From contig NC_135758.1 in NCBI RefSeq assembly GCF_052425735.1, positions 45,818,001 through 45,882,000 on the forward strand: DNA of 64,000 nt, written 5' to 3'. Shown here one piece after another: positions 38,465-51,722 of the stretch. Position 1 is the stretch's first letter. Each line of letters begins with the position of its first letter. This DNA comes from Oculina patagonica. Its lineage: Eukaryota. The position numbers were made by a program, and so were the translations under genes. A model generated the notes under the pieces. It saw nothing but the letters and a program-made list of their open reading frames with translations, had not been told where the DNA came from and did not search any database.

Positions 38465-38746
38465 TCATAAACATTCTCTGGGGCAGGTCAACCAAATTTT
38501 TTGAGGTATGTGATTGAGGCCAAAAAAAATTAGCTGACATGATTCAGTTCTATGAAACTGCAGTGATTGCCTTGTAGAAAGATATCCTGTTGTGAATGCG
38601 AAATTGTAGTGAATCCTGTGCAAATGGTGTTCCAAAAACGTTTGTAAAAAATTGTGGTAAGGCTGTCGGTCAATTCCGGGTGATTTGTTATTTTCCCTTT
38701 GATTTGACAGCTTGGTGAAATTTGTTGATAGTAATGGAGCTGTCAT
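38465..38746 (-). pseudogene. Tx1/L1 RT N-terminal fragment
   Basis: NNKSPGID...FLQTF...YNFAFTTGYLSTRQ. Confidence 0.6.
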
Positions 38747-38999
38747 AGGTGTAAGCTATAAATCCTTCAGTTCAGAGTCTTTAATTGAACAGAGGTAATC
38801 CGAATGCATTAGACAATAGAGAATATGGTTTGACTGAAAAGCAATAGATTACAATACTTATAAGAAACTAATAAACAATGTTGAAAAGTGCGAATGCACC
38901 TGGGCTTGGTCCCTCACAAAAATAAATAAGAAAAGTAAACTGCAAGATAAAATCAAGAATGTAGAAGTGAAAAAATTGCCATTTTTCAAAGTTCAGAGT

Positions 39000-41440
39000 T
39001 CATTGTTCTTAATTATGTATCAAATTAAAATAAAACAAAGGAAGCATTACTAGATCATTAAATATAATTACTTTATTAAGGTCCCAAATCTATTGAAATA
39101 ATTAATAACAAATGCGAAACCATAAGTGGCGACTATATACAGCAAAAAACAAACCATACGTTAAGGAAGAAGAAGCAAAAAAGAACTATTTACTATTTTA
39201 CAGAAAGGCAGGTGTTCCCAGGAATGAAAAAAAGAAGAGTGAGTGAGGGGGTAGTGATCGCAAGAGACCCACTTGCAGAGTACGGCAAATTTTTTTTCTT
39301 CTAACCTGTGAGTTTTCTTAGCCTCTTTTTTTCCCCAACCGACCTTTCCTTTTCTTCTTGAGCCTTTTACTTTTATAATCCCTCCTTCCTTTAGTGTTTC
39401 CTAGCAGCTTTCAGAGCAGTTTATGAAATCCATTAAAAAGTAATTCCGACACCAAACAGTGGGCCCTCTAACACAACAGAGTTTGGTCACATTTAACCAG
39501 GTCATGCAACCCAAAAATCAATATTGTCTACATCGACCTGAGCGCGCTCATCGGAACGTGATCCTCGCACTACGGGGGTACCGCCTGGAACTTTGTTAAT
39601 TAGCAGGGCGCCTTCCTTGCTGTTGGACCCAAGAGCTTTCACGAGAGGCTTAAGGCCCTTAGGGATTTACTAGTTTTTTACTCGTAGTTGGACGAGGAAG
39701 TTCACCACTACTCTAAGGAGGTTCTTCAAGTAATCTTTTTTACTTTTGTCATCACTCTTCTCATCACTGGCTGTCGATGGCGGGGGTGTGGGGGTCATTT
39801 CAGGGTATTTTTACCGAGCTCCAGCCAGATGTTGGGGTTGTTGGTTTACTCCGAGATAGCCTGCTGTTGTAGCCTCTCGAGGATTAAAAGTGAAGGTGGC
39901 ATACGAATCGCGATTTCAGTTCCCTCTAGAAATTTAAAAGATTTAATAGTTTGTCATCCCAGCAGACACATGCCCAGGCGACTCTGTTAACATTTATGGT
40001 GCAAATGGACACCGCCATAGTGATAATAATAAGGCAAATCATGTTCATAGCGAATGTTAATGGCAGGCATCGGAATTAAAGATTTTGTAGCCAGTTTGAA
40101 TACGTTGAAGTTCAATCAGGAGTTGAGCATAGGTGTCCGGTTGAGGTTTGTCCTTTATGGCATCCCAGTTGGAGCGTACGTGGTCATTTGTTTTGTGTTT
40201 TCTGGCCAACGCGTCAGTGATCAGGCCGTGCTTATGGTGTAAATAAAGGGCACGGCACTTGTAAAAAGTGCCGGCCGGGACTGCTTTTACAAACAGGCTT
40301 CGCTCTGGGCCTGTAGTTGTAAGAACCTTTATGAAAGGCTTGAGGCCCGCAGGATCGACTGGTTTTTCACTCGCGGGTGCATTAGTAGATTCCGCGTCGG
40401 TAGATTCCGCGTTGGTAGAAGTAGGTTCGTCGATGGAGCGTTTCTTGCTGGAATTTTCATCCATCCAGTCGCTAGATGTTGTTGGCGGGGGGGTCGTTTC
40501 CGGGGGTCTCGAGCGACGTCGACCCCCTTTGCTTTGCTAAAATAAGCTCTTTCTGTTGTTGTTTGAGCTGTTCCAGAGCTCTGATCCCTTGCTGACGGTT
40601 CTGTTCTCTTTGCTCCGGTGAGAGCACGTCCTCTGTAGTGCCAGTGTCCGCTGCGGAGTACGAGAGGGGTGGAGGTTCGTCGATGGACCGTTTCTTGTTC
40701 ATGTCAACAGCAATTTTCCATTATTTATAGTCCATTATTGAAGTACAGAGTTCATTGTTCTTAATAATTAATCAAATCAAAATTAAACAAAGGAAGCATT
40801 ACTTGATCATTAAATATAATTATTTATTAATAACAAAAGTGAAACCAAAAGCAGTGACTATATACAGCGAAAAGCAAAGCAAAAAAGGACTATTTACAAT
40901 TGTACAGAAAGCGGGGTGTTCCCAAGCATCAAGGAAAGAAGAGCAAGTGAGGCAGTAGTGGTCGCAAGAGACCCACTTGCGAACATCAGGCAAGACGTAA
41001 CGGCAAACTCTTACAACAAATTCTTTCTTCTAACCTGTGAGTTTTACTTAGCCTCTTTTCTTCTCCAACCTAACTTTCCTTTTCTTCTTGAGCCTTTCAC
41101 TTTTATAATCCCTCCTTCATTTAGTGTTTCCTTAATTCCTGATGCCCTTCTCTTTTTATTCTAATTTCCTGTTCTTTATGTATTTTTCTACGGAATGTTA
41201 GGGTCTGCAACTCATGTTCCTGTAAGCAGGAATCATAGTTGATGACACTAACAGAAGTCCCTAATAGTTGTTTGCATGTCTCTATGCGAGCAGTTTATGA
41301 AATCCATTAAAAAGTAATTCCGACACCAAACAGTGGGCCCTCTAACACAACAGAGTTTGGCCACATATAACCAGGTCATGCAACCCATTGACATTAATTG
41401 CCAACAATGCTATCACAAAAATCAATATTGTCTACATCGA
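39000..41440 (-). pseudogene. Mosaic of Tx1-type ORF2 C-terminus/3' UTR and ORF1 C-terminal fragments, with a diverged direct duplication (~39000-39530 vs ~40750-41440)
   Basis: DVRKWVSCDHYCL..SSFLDAWEHPAFCTIVN (ORF2 end); KPFIKVLTTTGPERS...RALYLHHKHG...W...DTYAQLL (probable ORF1 end); paired nucleotide blocks. Confidence 0.6.
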
Positions 41441-43246
41441 CAATGAACGACAATGAACTGCCAGATGGCCATCTTCTTTACAGATCGAACACAATTTCAG
41501 TGCTGGGTAAGCTTTGGCTTCATGCCCTAAGTTTTCACAGTTAAAACAAATGGTATTGCTGCACTCGTTAGCATAATGGCCTTGGAGATAACATCGCCGA
41601 CAAGTTGGCACTTAGCCCTTGTAGCACAACAGGACCTCGAGCTTACCAAAACGCAAAAAACTGGGAATTTGCTTTAAAATACAAACCCGGTTTTGACGAA
41701 GGCCATTATACACGTCGCGCATGAAATCAAATCTGCCATGGAGATGATGTAAAACAGACTTAGCCGCTTAATGATGGCCACATCCGATAACTCAAAAGGT
41801 GCATCGAAGAAAAAGTAAAGGAAATTTGATGTAACCATAATCAGTGTAGCACAGTTAGGGGTCACTAGGATTTAAAAATTTCATGTTTGGCTTTCAGTTC
41901 ATTATACGTCTGGAGTAAAAAGGTGTCCTGCTTTACCATTCCTTCAAAGGGAATTCCATTGCTCTTGTTCATTTTCTGATGCTTGGCCTTTTCTTGCCGC
42001 AGACTTTGAAAAGTTCCCATATTTATGTTGGAGATAAAGGGCGCGACAGCGGTAGAAAGTTTATGGTGGAATTTTAACCATTAGCGTGCTGCGTTCTCAG
42101 CCACTATTTCCCATGGTGCTCATAAGATTCTTCAAATGGATGTCCACTGGAGGTGCAGGCAGTGTGGTTGCTTTCTCGGCCGACGCAGGAGAAGACGGAG
42201 AGGTGTTTTCCTCGGCGGAGGCAGGTTCTACAATGCGAACACTTTTAAGTATATAAAAGCTAGCAAGCTTGTGGGGTTGTGAAAATTAAAAATATTTTAA
42301 GTTTAAAATATTCACAATTGATTAAGCTATTTACATTCGAATTTGATTTTTAAAGAATCTTCCTCCTCGCTGTCGTTATTTACTGGCTGAGTACTTTTTT
42401 GTTGGCAAATGACCAATGACTGACGGTTATTTGAAGCTCTACCTTAACCAAAATAGCATTAAATAACAGTTCTATGCCCCCAAAAGAGTGCATCCATGGC
42501 TGATCAAGCTAAGCAAGTCCTTACATGCACTTACAATAATTATATAAAAAAAAAAATGAAAACTCATATTTTAGTACAAAATGACCAGCAAAAAATAAAA
42601 CTCACTTGCTTTCTTCGCAGTTAGCTATTGCAATAGGCAATACAGCCAGAGAACTCTGAGGACTGCTCCCTAAGCCTGCAGCTTTTCGGAACAACTCTAA
42701 TGGAAACTTGCGGTCTACCTAAAAAGTACAGTAAAAAAACAAATTGGGAATCAGTAAGGAAATTACGTCATGTTATTAATTGCATTATTTTACAAATTAT
42801 CAAATTTTCACTACAATAAAATGATTCATTCAAATACTAGCAAGAGGTCGTCTGTCCATTTTCAAATTGAGTTATGTCCTGATGTAGTCTACTCTGCCTT
42901 TTTTGCCAGATGAGGGACATTTTGAGGCTGATCCCATGAACTCTTAAGATCTTCAACCAGGGGTTCCAGCTCGAAACACTTTTCTTGTAACAGAAGAGAC
43001 CAGATCTTTCTGTGTCCTTATATTATTGGCGCTTAGCAGGAGTTCCACATCTTTAAATTTCTATAGGACAGTCGATTTGAATGAAAAGCAGTTAACTGAA
43101 TGCCTTTAGTACTGTCGTGATTCCATTTTGGCATTTTCACTGTTATGGAGTGATAACTAAATCAAGGTGGCGCACAAATAGTCAAAACAAACAAAGAAAA
43201 CACTAGAATAAGTGTTTATTTACCACCACTGTCACGTCTTCATAAA

Positions 43247-44190
43247 TCAAAACACACTGGAAACGTTTAGTTCGTGGATAGCTCTAACTGGGAGGAGGCC
43301 GGGGATTGCGATATAGCAAAGGTCTTTCACTTGAGTGAGGCCAGCTTCGATCCAGTGTTTGAAGTAAATACATTGGTCGTCGTTCTTTAGTAATTCGGAG
43401 CGAAAGAGTGGTTCATTTAGAATGTCAGGTAGAAGCGTTGGGATATCTGATCTAATTAGGTGGGGACGGTATTTGTTCCAGGCGCGGAGTAGTTCCTGGT
43501 GGTACTGCGGGATGGTTTTATCGATGTGTATATTTGAGTATGTTGTGGCGAGGGTGAGGCGTCCAAGCGGCATGTTGGAGACGCGGAGGAAATAAGCGGT
43601 GAAGCTTTTCCAGTAGGCAGGTTCAGGGTTGAGGAGGCGACGGAGGGTGTTAAGTCTGAGGGCCTCTATTTTCGTTTGGATGCGTTGGATGTTGAAACCT
43701 CCCTCCGCAGTTGAGAGGGCTAAGATGTCACGCGTGGTGAGTGGTTGCTTATTGTTCCAGAAAAAGCCATATATGGCTTGTTCTATTTCTGATATTGCCC
43801 ATGAGGGCATGGTGTTAGATGTTGCTGTATACCATAGGGTGGAGGTGAGTAGACCATTAATTATAAGTGCTCTTCCTTTAAAACTAAGGTCTCTATGGCG
43901 CCAGGCAGCGATGGTGTCATTGATCTTTTTAATTTTAGGCTCGAGGTTGAGGCAAGTACAGTCTATGTTTCCAAAATATTGTCCGAGGATTTTATCAGGG
44001 ATGAAATCATTAAACCAATCAAAATTGTTTAAACTATCTGTTCGGGTTTTTAGTGCACCACACCAAAGTCCTTTACATTTGTCTGTGTTGATCTTGACTC
44101 CAGATGCGCGCTCGTAGAGGTCGAGCGTGCTGAAAGTTTGACGTACAGAGTGGTCGTCACGCAATAAGAGGGTCGTGTCATCCGCGTAAT
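43247..44190 (-). pseudogene. Tx1/L1-clade ORF2 fragment (RT C-half onward)
   Basis: YADD at 44177-44188; YERASGVKIN, RDLSFKGRALIIN, EGGFN and LNEPLF motifs. Confidence 0.9.
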
Positions 44191-45654
44191 ATAAAGGTAC
44201 TACTGATCATGAAAAAAGACTAACGAATATTGACAGACAAACATTAAGTAAACCAAACATGAATGAATAAGGCCCATGCAGAAAATTACAGATTTTACAT
44301 AGCTAGATAAATTTCATATATCCCCTCCCCTGGTGCACCACTTCCCACCACCCTCCCCCATCCCACCAATAGGGTACCAACAAAATATTTTGTTTTGCCT
44401 AAACAAGAAATGAATAGCAATTAAATCTACCTTTCTGGTACCAATATTAAGGTGAGAAGCTTTTGCCTTGATCGACTTGGGAGTTTGTCGCCAACTTCAC
44501 GTACAATTGTACCCAATGGGGAAATCGAAGAGACTCCAAATGCCTTTGACTCAAGTCCTCGCCTACTATTGAGCCAAATGCTTTCTTGATTCCTTGCTTC
44601 TCAGCGACCGTTTCTAAAGCCGTCAATATCACATCTTCTACATACGATTGTTTTCCTTTTGAGCAAAAGCCCATAGCCAAAGGCTTTTCCGAGCGTAGAT
44701 GGACAAGGTGCAAGCTCTTCCTCCAAAACAGCCAAGCATTCAATTGTGAAGGCTCCCATTCGCTTGATCTTCAATTGAGACTCCAGTTGAGTTTTTTCAA
44801 TCTTGTTCAGGTCTTCAAACGGTTTAGCTAGATCCCGTTCGGGAGCTAGATTTGTTCCAATACTGCAGCCTGCTTTTACTTTGGGATTCATGTCCTTTGG
44901 CAACGATGGCGGTGTTTTGAGCAAGTTGGCGGGAATCTTACTTCTTCCTGCCATTGCAGTAATTGGAAGGGAGTTAACAACATCTCTTATCGCACTGAAT
45001 TGAAGGGAGGCGATTACTCTGCATTCCTTGGTAGTTTTCCCTTGCAGAGCTCTCCTTAGTATTCCAAAAAGAGTCGACATGACGACCAAATCTTTTTTCC
45101 TTGCCAATCCAAAACACGGTGCACTGACCTTCCCACCATTGCAATCGACAACTAAACTGGCGATTTCTTCGCTAAAATGGGCTACTGTGCTGGTCACTGT
45201 GTTGAGTTTCGGCCTTGAAAACCATTCAGTGGAAACGGCATACCACTTTTTTGGCATTTGATAGCGAAGGCCCAAACACTCGCTTGAGGCAAAGAGAGTA
45301 TGGGGATGGCACAGATACCCTCATTCCTGCTTTGCCGCTCAAAACCTTTGTCAAATAATCTCGCAATTATTCACCAACCACACAGCATGATCATCTTCCA
45401 TAAAAGTACGATAATAAGTGCAATTGAAAATTTCTTCCGGCATGCTTTGCGAGTACAACACCGCCTGTCTCAAATCACTATCTTCCTTTATCCGAATACC
45501 GAAAAGTTTGCCATTTTAAAAGTAAATAGTATTTACTAGTGTTTCAGCAGTGTAGCACCCAAGAAGACCTTTCTCCCAGAACATATTTTCTTCTTCCAGG
45601 GAAATTGTAACCATAATCAGTGTAGCACAGTTAGGGTTTACTAGGATTTTAAAA

Positions 45655-45945
45655 TGTTGGTTTTTCCGAAAGGTAAAAACAATTTCCCCAGAAGAACACA
45701 GCGGACGCTTGTGGCGTCGATTCCCACCTCGCCAAGGGCTTCAAAAATTTCTGTTGACGGAACTCTCCCGCGTGGATTGACAAACGCGGTCAACAGTCTA
45801 CTTGGGAGTATGTTTTCTTTACCTGGAACGAAAGCAACGGGGGGTTCTTCTTCAGGATCGTTCGGCTTGGCAGCACTGGCATAACTTTGCTCCTCCATAA
45901 TGATAAGAACAGATACATGTACATCCGAAAAAGCTGACGAATCGT
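45655..45945 (-). pseudogene. Tx1 ORF1 5' end preceded by U2 snRNA-like sequence
   Basis: MEEQSYASAAKP...STEIFEAL...SVRCV. Positions 45901-45916 read GTATCTGTTCTTATCA on the minus strand (U2 nt 36-51). Confidence 0.7.
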
Positions 45946-46046
45946 CTTCATCTTCCAATCTATTTTCAGGGGCTCAGACAACACATTTCATAGGGTGTTT
46001 CCTCAGCCTGTCAGCTGCTCTTTGGTGCTGCAAGGCTCTTGAACGT

Positions 46047-46460
46047 CTACTTTTGTAGTCGTCGATCCATGGCAGGTTGGTCTTCATCATTGAACAGAAG
46101 TTTCCTTTGGGCAGTGATGAGCATCGGGCAGCGATTAATGAAAGATTTTGGTGTTTGATATTTCACATCACAAGCGGTGTAGCCTCCCTTCGTCAAAATC
46201 TTCCAGTCGTCAAGGTCCATGGTTGAAGTACAGGCCTCGTTGATGAAGATGATTTCAGTAGATGTTGAGATCATTGCCTTGTTAAATACTCTTTGCTTGG
46301 TAACAGTGGCGATGTTGCTGTGATGAACTAGGCCTAGGATTGGCTGGAAGAGACTTGTTTTGCTGCTGTTGGCATCGCCAATAAGGCAAGGCACTCTGTT
46401 CTTGTTGAAGTTCAGAAGTCGCAGAAAGTCTTCGTAGAACTCGCCAATTTTGACTTCAGT
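46047..46460 (-). pseudogene. Superfamily-3 helicase fragment (small DNA virus or D5-like replicative ATPase)
   Basis: Walker A CLIGDANSSKTS, Walker B IIFINE, motif C PMLITAQ, Arg-finger AMDRRL. Confidence 0.7.
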
Positions 46461-46822
46461 CAGGCTGTTCCTCCTGGGCCTCTGCATCATCCTCAGTATC
46501 AGAATGACCAAGACCAGAGAACTCAGCCTGGTAAGCCTCTCTACGCGGGCAATGATTGGCTTGGTGCTCAGTATTACGACAGAAACGACAAGCCTTAGTG
46601 CAGTCCCTGGCAAAGTGGCCCGGCTCATGTCACAATAAACACCTGCCTTTATCGGGGCTTCCCACGGACGTACGCCCCCCTTTACTTTTACTTTTAAGCA
46701 GTCGGGGCATGTAACTTTTGATTCTTATTTATCCGATGAGCAAGGGCTCAGGAAAGTCATCTGCCAATTGAAGCTATCTGAATGAGAAGAATGGCCATTC
46801 CCGCTCTGCAATTTCTTGTTGT

Positions 46823-47245
46823 TTATGCTAAGTCTCCCTTTTGTTGTTTACGTTCTTTCTCCTTGCGCTCTTGTTCTCTGTGGTCTTTCTCCTTTTCTTT
46901 TGTCGCTTGGGCTCTCTTCTCCTCCACTACGACTTTAGCTGCCGATGCATACAAGATATTTTCACTCGGAGCTGGAACAACTTTGGCGCAAAAAAAGAGC
47001 AATAGCACATGGCATGCAATGCGTCATGACAAATCTTGTAGACTTCAGCTTCTTCGCAATCTTCGATCCTATGGCTGGGTTGTTCACAATTGAAACATCT
47101 GATAGAGTTACATGAGTTACCCATGTGTCCGCTATTGCCATATTTGCTGCATGTACGCGGCTGGGAGGGATAACTGATATAGACTAACTCCCCAAGAACA
47201 TAATGCTTTTGTGAAACCCATTCTTGCTGTATGTATACCATTGCG
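46823..47245 (-). pseudogene. Tx1 ORF1 zinc-knuckle fragment
   Basis: GIRNGIHTARM; YPSQPRTCSKYGNSGHMGNSC..IRCFNCEQPSH...CKICHDALH. Confidence 0.8.
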
Positions 47246-47896
47246 AATTCCTCTCGATAGCACAGGAAAAAACCTTAAATTCCAAAATTGGGTAAATGTT
47301 GGTAAATTCTTGGCAAATGGCATAATTCCCAAGAAGATCCCAAACTTGGTAAAATCGAGCATTCCCAATTTCAGTTCATCTTTGGAATTCGAATTTATTA
47401 AAGTTTTCCCAAGACGATGAGTTATTCTTTACCAAGAAAATACCAAACTCAAAGGCCAAATCCCAAGGTCCAAAAGTTGGATGTATGTTTGTAATATATT
47501 GGTAAATAATATAATTCCCCAAAAGATTCCAAACTTGGTAATATCAAGTCTTTCCAAGTTCATTTCTTCATTTAAATTTAAATTTACCAAAGTTTTCCCA
47601 AGATGGTGGTTTATTTTTTACCAACAAATACCCAAGGTCTCTAAGTTGGGAAAAACGTGAAGAAAAAAGGACAGCAACACCGGCAGATTTTCCGACACCG
47701 AAAGACCAAAAACATTGCCCATTTCAAAGAGGTTCAAAACGATCAGCTTGCTTTTTGCAAGAAACGTGAGTTTCCTGTAGCAGAAAAATGTCAAAATTCA
47801 AATTATCGAGTTCTTGAATAATCTGAGAAAGCTTACTAGAGGAACCAATCCCTCTTATGTTAGTAGAGATAATTTTGAGCCTTGTAGTCATTTTAA

Positions 47897-49393
47897 TTAA
47901 TGGTCATATCTACGTTTACGTCTCGTTGCCACTTGCCAACCATAGTCGTCATCTTTGTGGTAATCGCGGCAGGATGAGCGATATTTGCGTTCGTCGCGCC
48001 GATAGTGGTCAGATCTTCTTTGGCGTTCCAACCACTCTTCTTCCTCTCGTTGTTTCCTTGCCTTCCATTCATCGAATTCTTCCCTATCCTTTCGCTCGCG
48101 GCGTTCTCGGCTTGATGTTCTGCTTCTGTCCTTTCGCTCGCGGCGTTCACGGCTTGATGATCTACTTATGCGTTCAGGAGTCTTCTTTTTTTGATCTTCG
48201 CGCTTGTCTTCTTCCATGGGCTCATCTCGTTTCAGGCGGTCTTCAGTGGATTTACGGGTTGTTTTGTTGGCGGGCGGGCGCTGTTGGACATTTTTCTGCT
48301 GGGCGACATGTGGAGGTTTTGCCTCTTGTTGTTTGGCCTTTTCGGCTTGCTTGCGTTGCTGTCGATCCGCTTTAGCCTTCTCTGTCTCCTTGGCGTCGCG
48401 CAGGATCTTTTTCGCAATCGAGGATTTGACGTTAGCGCTGTACACCAGAAAAGGGCATACATTTAAAACATGATCTGGCGATTTGCAGAGAGGACATAGC
48501 TGTATTTCTGTGCAGTCACGCGAAAGGTGGCCTGGTTGTTTGCAATTAAAACACCGGACCGAATCGCATTCCTTCGCCATGTGGTCTTTGGATCCACAGT
48601 TTCGGCAGGTCTTCAGTTGCGACGGGTACCAAATTCTTAGAAATTCGCCGACCAAATTGATGGTGGAGGGAATGTGTCACAAAATGTGGATTCTGGCTGT
48701 CCTTACACCGTTCTCAATACATTCGACAATGAGGCCGCGACGGAAACTTAACACACGACAGTTATATGACAATCAGCCAATTACCGCCGTGTCTGGCAAC
48801 TCAGAAGGCGCTTCGTAAATCTTAACAAGGACTAGGCGGTTTTCACAGTCACCCAGAAAAACCAAAGTGCCGTTTATTTCGATGCACACGGTTTCCAGGG
48901 CGTCTTCCTTTGTTGTAGCAGAGTCGAAAGTTACGACCCACCAGCGGTGGGCGAAATTTCATCAATGTCAATCCCTGCCTTGTCGAAGGCTTCTAAAATT
49001 TCCTTGCTGGTGCAGACAAAGTCAACGTTGAAATAAACTGAGCAGCATTTTGACAATTTCGTATCATAATTCCAGTAACACGAGGACGCTTTTTTGAAAC
49101 AGACTCCATTGTTGTTAAGAGACGACAAATCATCTGGCAGTGCCCCAGGAGAATCAAAAGCCTCATCACACAATTCGTCCCACAGGGTCGCAGCACTTGG
49201 CTGGGTTGTTGGATCAACACTGCTGGGTGCTGTCATTCTCGACGACTAACACGGTTTCACCAGGAGTTGTAAATTGGCTAATATGCTGACTATCTTCACT
49301 ATTCTTATCCATATTTGAAAAAACACACTGTCAATAAAAATTGATTGAACGCGAAACAACTTTAAGAGCTTAGCCTAAAGGCCGAGAAGCGAT
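47897..49393 (-). mobile_element. Keno-like Tx1 element 5' part: U2 head plus frameshifted ORF1 (three CCHC knuckles)
   Basis: U2 nt 1-25 at 49369-49393; LVKIYEAPSELPDTAVIG; CRNCGSKDH, CFNCKQPGH, CPLCKSPDH; charged tail. Confidence 0.85.
49369..49393 (-). pseudogene. U2: U2 snRNA 5' fragment (nt 1-25, 1 mismatch)
   Basis: ATCGCTTCTCGGCCTTTAGGCTAAG. Confidence 0.9.
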
Positions 49394-49556
49394 ACTGAAC
49401 ATACCCCTACCTAGGAGGGTGGTTGAGGGTTTCCTCCTTCCATATATGGTGCACAGTATATTGTCGCTTACAAAAAGGATCTGTCGTCAGGAAAAAGTGC
49501 CACAGGTCGACTACTATAGCTGTTAACAGGCAGTGTTTCTAGTGTGCCTGAAGTTA

Positions 49557-50215
49557 GTATGTAAGTAAGTAAGTAACGTCTTTATTTATAGAGGGTACCA
49601 CTTAATAGCTAAAAAGCTAACAAACTCGTGGCCCTCCTATTTACAAGTATTAAAAAAAATCTAAGATACACATTAAAAACCTACGATATACAATAATATA
49701 TAAGAAACGAATTACCAATTAAAACCTACTTATTAAAAACTAATTATATAATTAAAAAAAATTGCATTCGAAATAAAGTCTTACATTAAAAAATGGTCAA
49801 TAAAATGTTGTTTCCTTAAAATTGAACTGCAAAAACTATTTCTAAAACTGTTAAGTGAAGGTTTTTTTTCTTAGCTCAAGTGGCAGGCTGTTCCATGCTT
49901 GGCATGTTTGTACTGCAAAAGTTCTTCCACCTTCAGTTTGTCTCTTAAAAGAAGGGCAAAGTAAGTTGAAGTTCAAATATCTTGTATGTCTACCATGCAA
50001 ACTACTATTTAACTTTAGACTCTCTTGAAGATATGAAGGCAAGAAACCTTGAACCCTTTTATATGCAATTACATCTTGTCACTTTTGCATCATCATAAAA
50101 CAGAAGCGATTTGAGACGGCTAAACAGTGGAACGGAAGGGGCCGTTCTGTCGGCGTTTAGAATAACTCGCGCAGCTCTCTTTTGTAGCTTAAGTACCCTG
50201 CTAAGATTGTCCTGA
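49557..50215 (-). mobile_element. L2/CR1 LINE 3' end with (TTAC)n tail
   Basis: KLQKRAARVIL...PLFSRL...PSYL...GRTFAV...WNSLPLELR; gtaa repeats at 49560-49578. Confidence 0.85.
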
Positions 50216-50229
50216 AATGAGTTTGCACA

Positions 50230-51190
50230 GCCATAGTGATAATAATAAGGGAAATCATGTTCATAGTAAATGTTTGTGTCAGGCATCAGAATTAAAGATT
50301 TTGTAGCCAGTCTGGATACGTTGAAGTTCAATCAGAAGTTGAGCATAGGCGTCCGGTTGAGGTTTGTCCTTTATAGCCTCCCAGTTGGAGCGTACTTGGT
50401 CATTCGTTTTGTGTTTTCTGGCCAACGGTTGGTGATCGGGCTGCAGTTTTGATGTAAATACAGAGCACGGCACTTGTAAAAAGTGCCGCCTGGGACTGCT
50501 TTTACAAACAGGGTTCGCTCCAGGCCTGTAGACTAAAGAGCCTTCATGAAAAGCGCAAGGCCCGCAGGATTGACAGGATTTGCACTCGCGGGTGTACTAG
50601 GGCCGTGCTGGTGGTATAAATAAAGGGCACAGCACTTGTTAAAAGTGCCGGCAGGGACGGATTTTATAAACAAGGTTTGCTCTGGGCTTGTAGATGTAAG
50701 AGCCTTTATGAAAGGCTTGAGGCCCGCAGGATCAACTGGTTTTTCACTCGCGGGTGCATTAGTAGATTCCGCGTGAGTAGCTGGAGGTTCGTCGATGGAC
50801 CATTTCTTGCTGAAGTTTTCATTTCATTCATTGTGTAGGAAAGGGGTGGTTGTGATTGTGATTGCAGGTCAGGGGGGGGGGAATTTTCTTGGGCGTCCAT
50901 ATCAGTTTGCTCGGTATCGTCGGTTGCAGGCGGACTTCGGTCCCTACCCTGGACGGGAGATTGACGTCGCACAGGGCAGTTTTTAACCACGTGTTCAAGT
51001 GAATGACAGCTGTGGCATGTCACGGGTTGACCAGAATATTTGAAGCCAACGTCTAATCCTCCAAGTGACACGCGCTTGGGAATATTGGATATCTATTCGC
51101 AGAAATTCATTGACACGCACACCGTTTTCGATATGTTCGTAGCCTTTCTCAGAGAAGCGAAGGCGGTAAACACGGCAAGATTTATGTTCC
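50230..51190 (-). pseudogene. Tx1 ORF1 fragments, partly duplicating 40020-40470
   Basis: HIENGVRV; YSGQPVTCHSCHSLEHVVKNCP; repeated 'cctgcgggcct...cccagagc' blocks. Confidence 0.75.
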
Positions 51191-51229
51191 CTATAAGTGG
51201 AAAGTAAAGTTCCTCGTCGGGGTATTACA

Positions 51230-51722
51230 CTACATACATACATACAACATACATGGGGGCTTTTCGAAGATAATATACTACTAAAATCAATAATATTACA
51301 TTCTATTAAAATTAAAATTAAAATTTAGATAATCTAATTATAATAACAATAATAATCTAATTTAGATAATCACAAATTTAAAAATTCTTCAATTAATTTA
51401 CGTTTCAATGCCTTTTTAAAAATTAAAATAGATCTACTGAGTTTTAAAGTAAGGTCCAATGAGTTCCAGATGGCAGTTGTCCTTTAACAAAATGTTCTTT
51501 GGCTAGTAGCAGTTCTGAATAGAGGAATGTTTAATTGTTGAGAGCTCCTAGTGGTACGCGTGCTTATGTCTGCAAGTTTGATAAAAATAGAGGTCAAATA
51601 GTCACGAGCACATCCTGTCATGCACTTGAAGGCTAAAGTGGCCTTTCGATAGTAAAGCTGGCTTGATACTGGTAGCCATTCTAATTCTTTTAGTATGGGC
51701 GTGACGTGATCAAATTTCCGTC
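51230..51722 (-). mobile_element. L2/CR1 LINE 3' end with (TATG)n tail
   Basis: RKFDHVTPILKELEWLPV...AFKCMTG...TRSSQQLNIP...WNSL. Confidence 0.85.

Noticed and set aside
44447-45275. Novel 224-aa protein or RAG1/Chapaev-like gene
   Set aside because: The open frame runs across fused unrelated fragments; I could not support a family assignment from motifs.
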